Source of the DNA: an uncultured Gemmatimonadales bacterium
Lineage (GTDB): Bacteria > Gemmatimonadota > Gemmatimonadetes > Longimicrobiales > RSA9
NCBI GenBank assembly: GCA_963708135.1
Contig: OY970192.1
Location: 2,413,465-2,477,464, forward strand
Length of the DNA stretch: 64,000 nt
Reading direction: 5' to 3'
The notes below the pieces were generated by a model that worked only from the letters and a program-made list of their open reading frames with translations, was not told where the DNA came from and did not search any database. Positions 62,597 to 64,000 of the stretch are shown in pieces. Within the stretch, counting starts at the first letter, position 1. Each line of letters opens with the position of its first letter. The position numbers were made by a program, and so were the translations under genes.

Positions 62597-64000
62597 ATGA
62601 CCCTGCCCCGCAGCGACGGCTCCGGCTCCCTCGAGGTGACCGACCCCGGTGCCGGCGCGATGCCCCGGTCCCGGCCGGGAGCCGGCGCTGCGATGGTGCC
62701 GCCCCGCCCCTCCACCCGGCCCCGGCTCGCCGCAGGCATACGGCGCGTCGCGCGCGAGGGCGCCAGCACGACCCTGGCCCGGTACGCCGTCGCGGTGCTC
62801 GCCACGGCCCTCGCCGCCGGCGTGAGCTGGCTGGGGCGCGGGGCGCTCGCGCCCACGCCGTTCCTGCTTCTCTTCCCGGCCGTGACCGTGGCCGCGTGGG
62901 CCGGCGGCGTCGGGCCGGGGCTGCTCGCGGCGCTCCTCTGCGTGCTCTCGGCGGACTACCTCTTCCTCCCCCCGATCGGCGCCTTCGAGCTCCACTGGCT
63001 GGATGACGCCCTGCGGCTCGCCGTCTTCCTCGCCGTGGCCATGCTCGTGGGCGCCCTGACCGGCTCGGCGTCGCGCGCGCGCCGGGAGGCCGAGGCCCGC
63101 GAGGAGGACGCCCGCCGCTACGCGGCGGAGCTCGAGCAGCAAGGCGCGGAGCTGGAGCAGCAGATGGAGGAGTCGCAGACCCTGCTCGAGGAGGTCGAGG
63201 AGCAGCGGACGCTGCTCGAGGCGGCGAACGCGGTGGCCGAGGCCGAGCGGGAGCGCATGCTCTTCATGCTCCAGGCGAGCCGCACGCTCGCCGGCTCTCT
63301 CGACTACGCCGCCACCCTGGCCGCCGTCGCCGCCGCGGCGGTGCCCGGCTTCGCCGACTGGTGCGCCGTGGACGTGCTTCCCGACCCCGAATCGGCCGAA
63401 TGGCCGCCGCGCCTCGAGCGCCTGGCCGTCGCCCACAGGGATCCGGCGAAGGAGCAGGTCGCGGAGTCGCTCAGGCGCCACAGCGCCACCGACTGGGACG
63501 CGCCGACCGGACTGTCGCACGTGCTGCGGACGGGCGAGGCCGAGTACTGGCCCGAGGTCACGGACAGCGTGCTCCGCTCCGTCGCGAGCGACGAGGCGCA
63601 CCTCGAGCTTCTGCGCGAGATCGGCTTCGCGTCCGTGATCATCGCGCCGCTCAGCGCGCGCGGCGTGACCCTCGGCGCCCTCACGCTCGTCATGGCCGAG
63701 TCCGAGCGGCGCTTCGACCGGGACGACCTCGCCCTCGCGCAGGAGCTCGCCGCCCGCGCCGCCACGGCCATCGACAACGCCCGCCTCTTCGCCCGCGCCC
63801 GCGAAGCCCGCGCCGCGGCCGAGCAGCTGGCCGAGCGCCACTCGCACCTGCACCGCATCGCGGCCGCGCTCTCCAGCGCCACCACCCCCGCCCGCGTGGC
63901 GCAGCTGGTCATCGAGGAGGGCATGGAGGCCAAGGGCGCCGCGGCCGCCACCGTCCTCGTCGTGGACGCCGCGCGGACGGCGTTCAGTCCCCTGGCCCGC
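62597..64000 (+). CDS. DUF4118-type membrane sensor with GAF domain(s), 3' end cut by window edge; not in ORF track because no stop is reached
   Basis: Hand-translated from atg 62597: MTLPRSDGSGS..., TM block LARYAVAVLATALAAG...LLFPAVTVAAWAGGVGPGLLAALLCVLSADYLFLPP (KdpD-like DUF4118), coiled coil EELEQQ, then GAF-like LFMLQASRTLAGSLDY...GFASVIIAPLSARGVTLGALTLV; GC3 >90%. Confidence 0.75.
   Translation, partial: MTLPRSDGSGSLEVTDPGAGAMPRSRPGAGAAMVPPRPSTRPRLAAGIRRVAREGASTTLARYAVAVLATALAAGVSWLGRGALAPTPFLLLFPAVTVAAWAGGVGPGLLAALLCVLSADYLFLPPIGAFELHWLDDALRLAVFLAVAMLVGALTGSASRARREAEAREEDARRYAAELEQQGAELEQQMEESQTLLEEVEEQRTLLEAANAVAEAERERMLFMLQASRTLAGSLDYAATLAAVAAAAVPGFADWCAVDVLPDPESAEWPPRLERLAVAHRDPAKEQVAESLRRHSATDWDAPTGLSHVLRTGEAEYWPEVTDSVLRSVASDEAHLELLREIGFASVIIAPLSARGVTLGALTLVMAESERRFDRDDLALAQELAARAATAIDNARLFARAREARAAAEQLAERHSHLHRIAAALSSATTPARVAQLVIEEGMEAKGAAAATVLVVDAARTAFSPLAR

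Overview
High-GC (~70%) bacterial chromosomal window with nearly every gene on the minus strand. I could not assign a lineage. A T9SS-type C-terminal domain on a large S8 peptidase hints at an FCB-group or Gemmatimonadota-like organism, but that is a guess. Most of the window is ordinary core genome, and I found no clear novel multi-gene system (no defence islands, CRISPR or integrases).

Gene content, all on the minus strand unless noted:
- 1..665 (+): 3' part of an IS630-family transposase, cut by the window edge and ending 25 bp from the secY stop.
- 691..11202: the complete S10-spc ribosomal-protein string, rpsJ through secY.
- 11230..15395: str operon (rpsL, rpsG, fusA, tuf copy 1).
- 15613..27521: rpoC, rpoB, rplL, rplJ, rplA, rplK, nusG, secE, rpmG.
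- 27770..33577: tuf copy 2 preceded by tRNA-Thr(GGT); the usual thrU-tyrU-glyT-thrT-tufB tRNA leader is broken by a ~4.4 kb insert. The insert carries an NfeD/flotillin pair, a plus-strand DUF4382 lipoprotein, a G-quadruplex-like (GGTGGG)n tract and a 60-aa plus-strand ORF. No tRNA-Tyr is present.
- 33653..52541: tightly packed co-directional housekeeping genes (cysS, MscS channel, pyrF, pyrD, TPR lipoprotein, amidase, smpB, L,D-transpeptidase, YihY, YtxH, a soluble histidine kinase with a sigma54 response regulator, aminotransferase IV, pgi, MBL hydrolase, pyk, amidohydrolase, class-A beta-lactamase homologue).
- 52687..64000: rnd (+), a simple-sequence-repeat locus, a 989-aa S8 peptidase with a DUF1707/LiaF-like neighbour, DUF2911 (+), several hypothetical proteins, a Tat-signal glycosylasparaginase, and a 3'-truncated DUF4118-GAF sensor (+).

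Observations I would rate highest:
1. Five single-nucleotide frame disruptions inside otherwise intact genes, three of them essential (fusA, rpoC, rpoB) plus yihY and the TPR lipoprotein gene. I could resolve each at codon level; sequence error is the most likely cause.
2. The interrupted tRNA-tuf locus and its cargo.
3. Inverted GAGTGGGA octamer arrays and C-rich microsatellites flanking the peptidase/LiaF module.
4. A periodic 9-mer, GGACAGCGT repeated five times, coinciding with the frame break in the TPR gene.
5. A promoter-plus-terminator (attenuator-like) arrangement in the rpsL leader.

The ORF track labels TTG and GTG starts as M, so some start codons below are TTG or GTG. Long plus-strand ORFs antisense to ribosomal and RNA-polymerase genes are high-GC artefacts.
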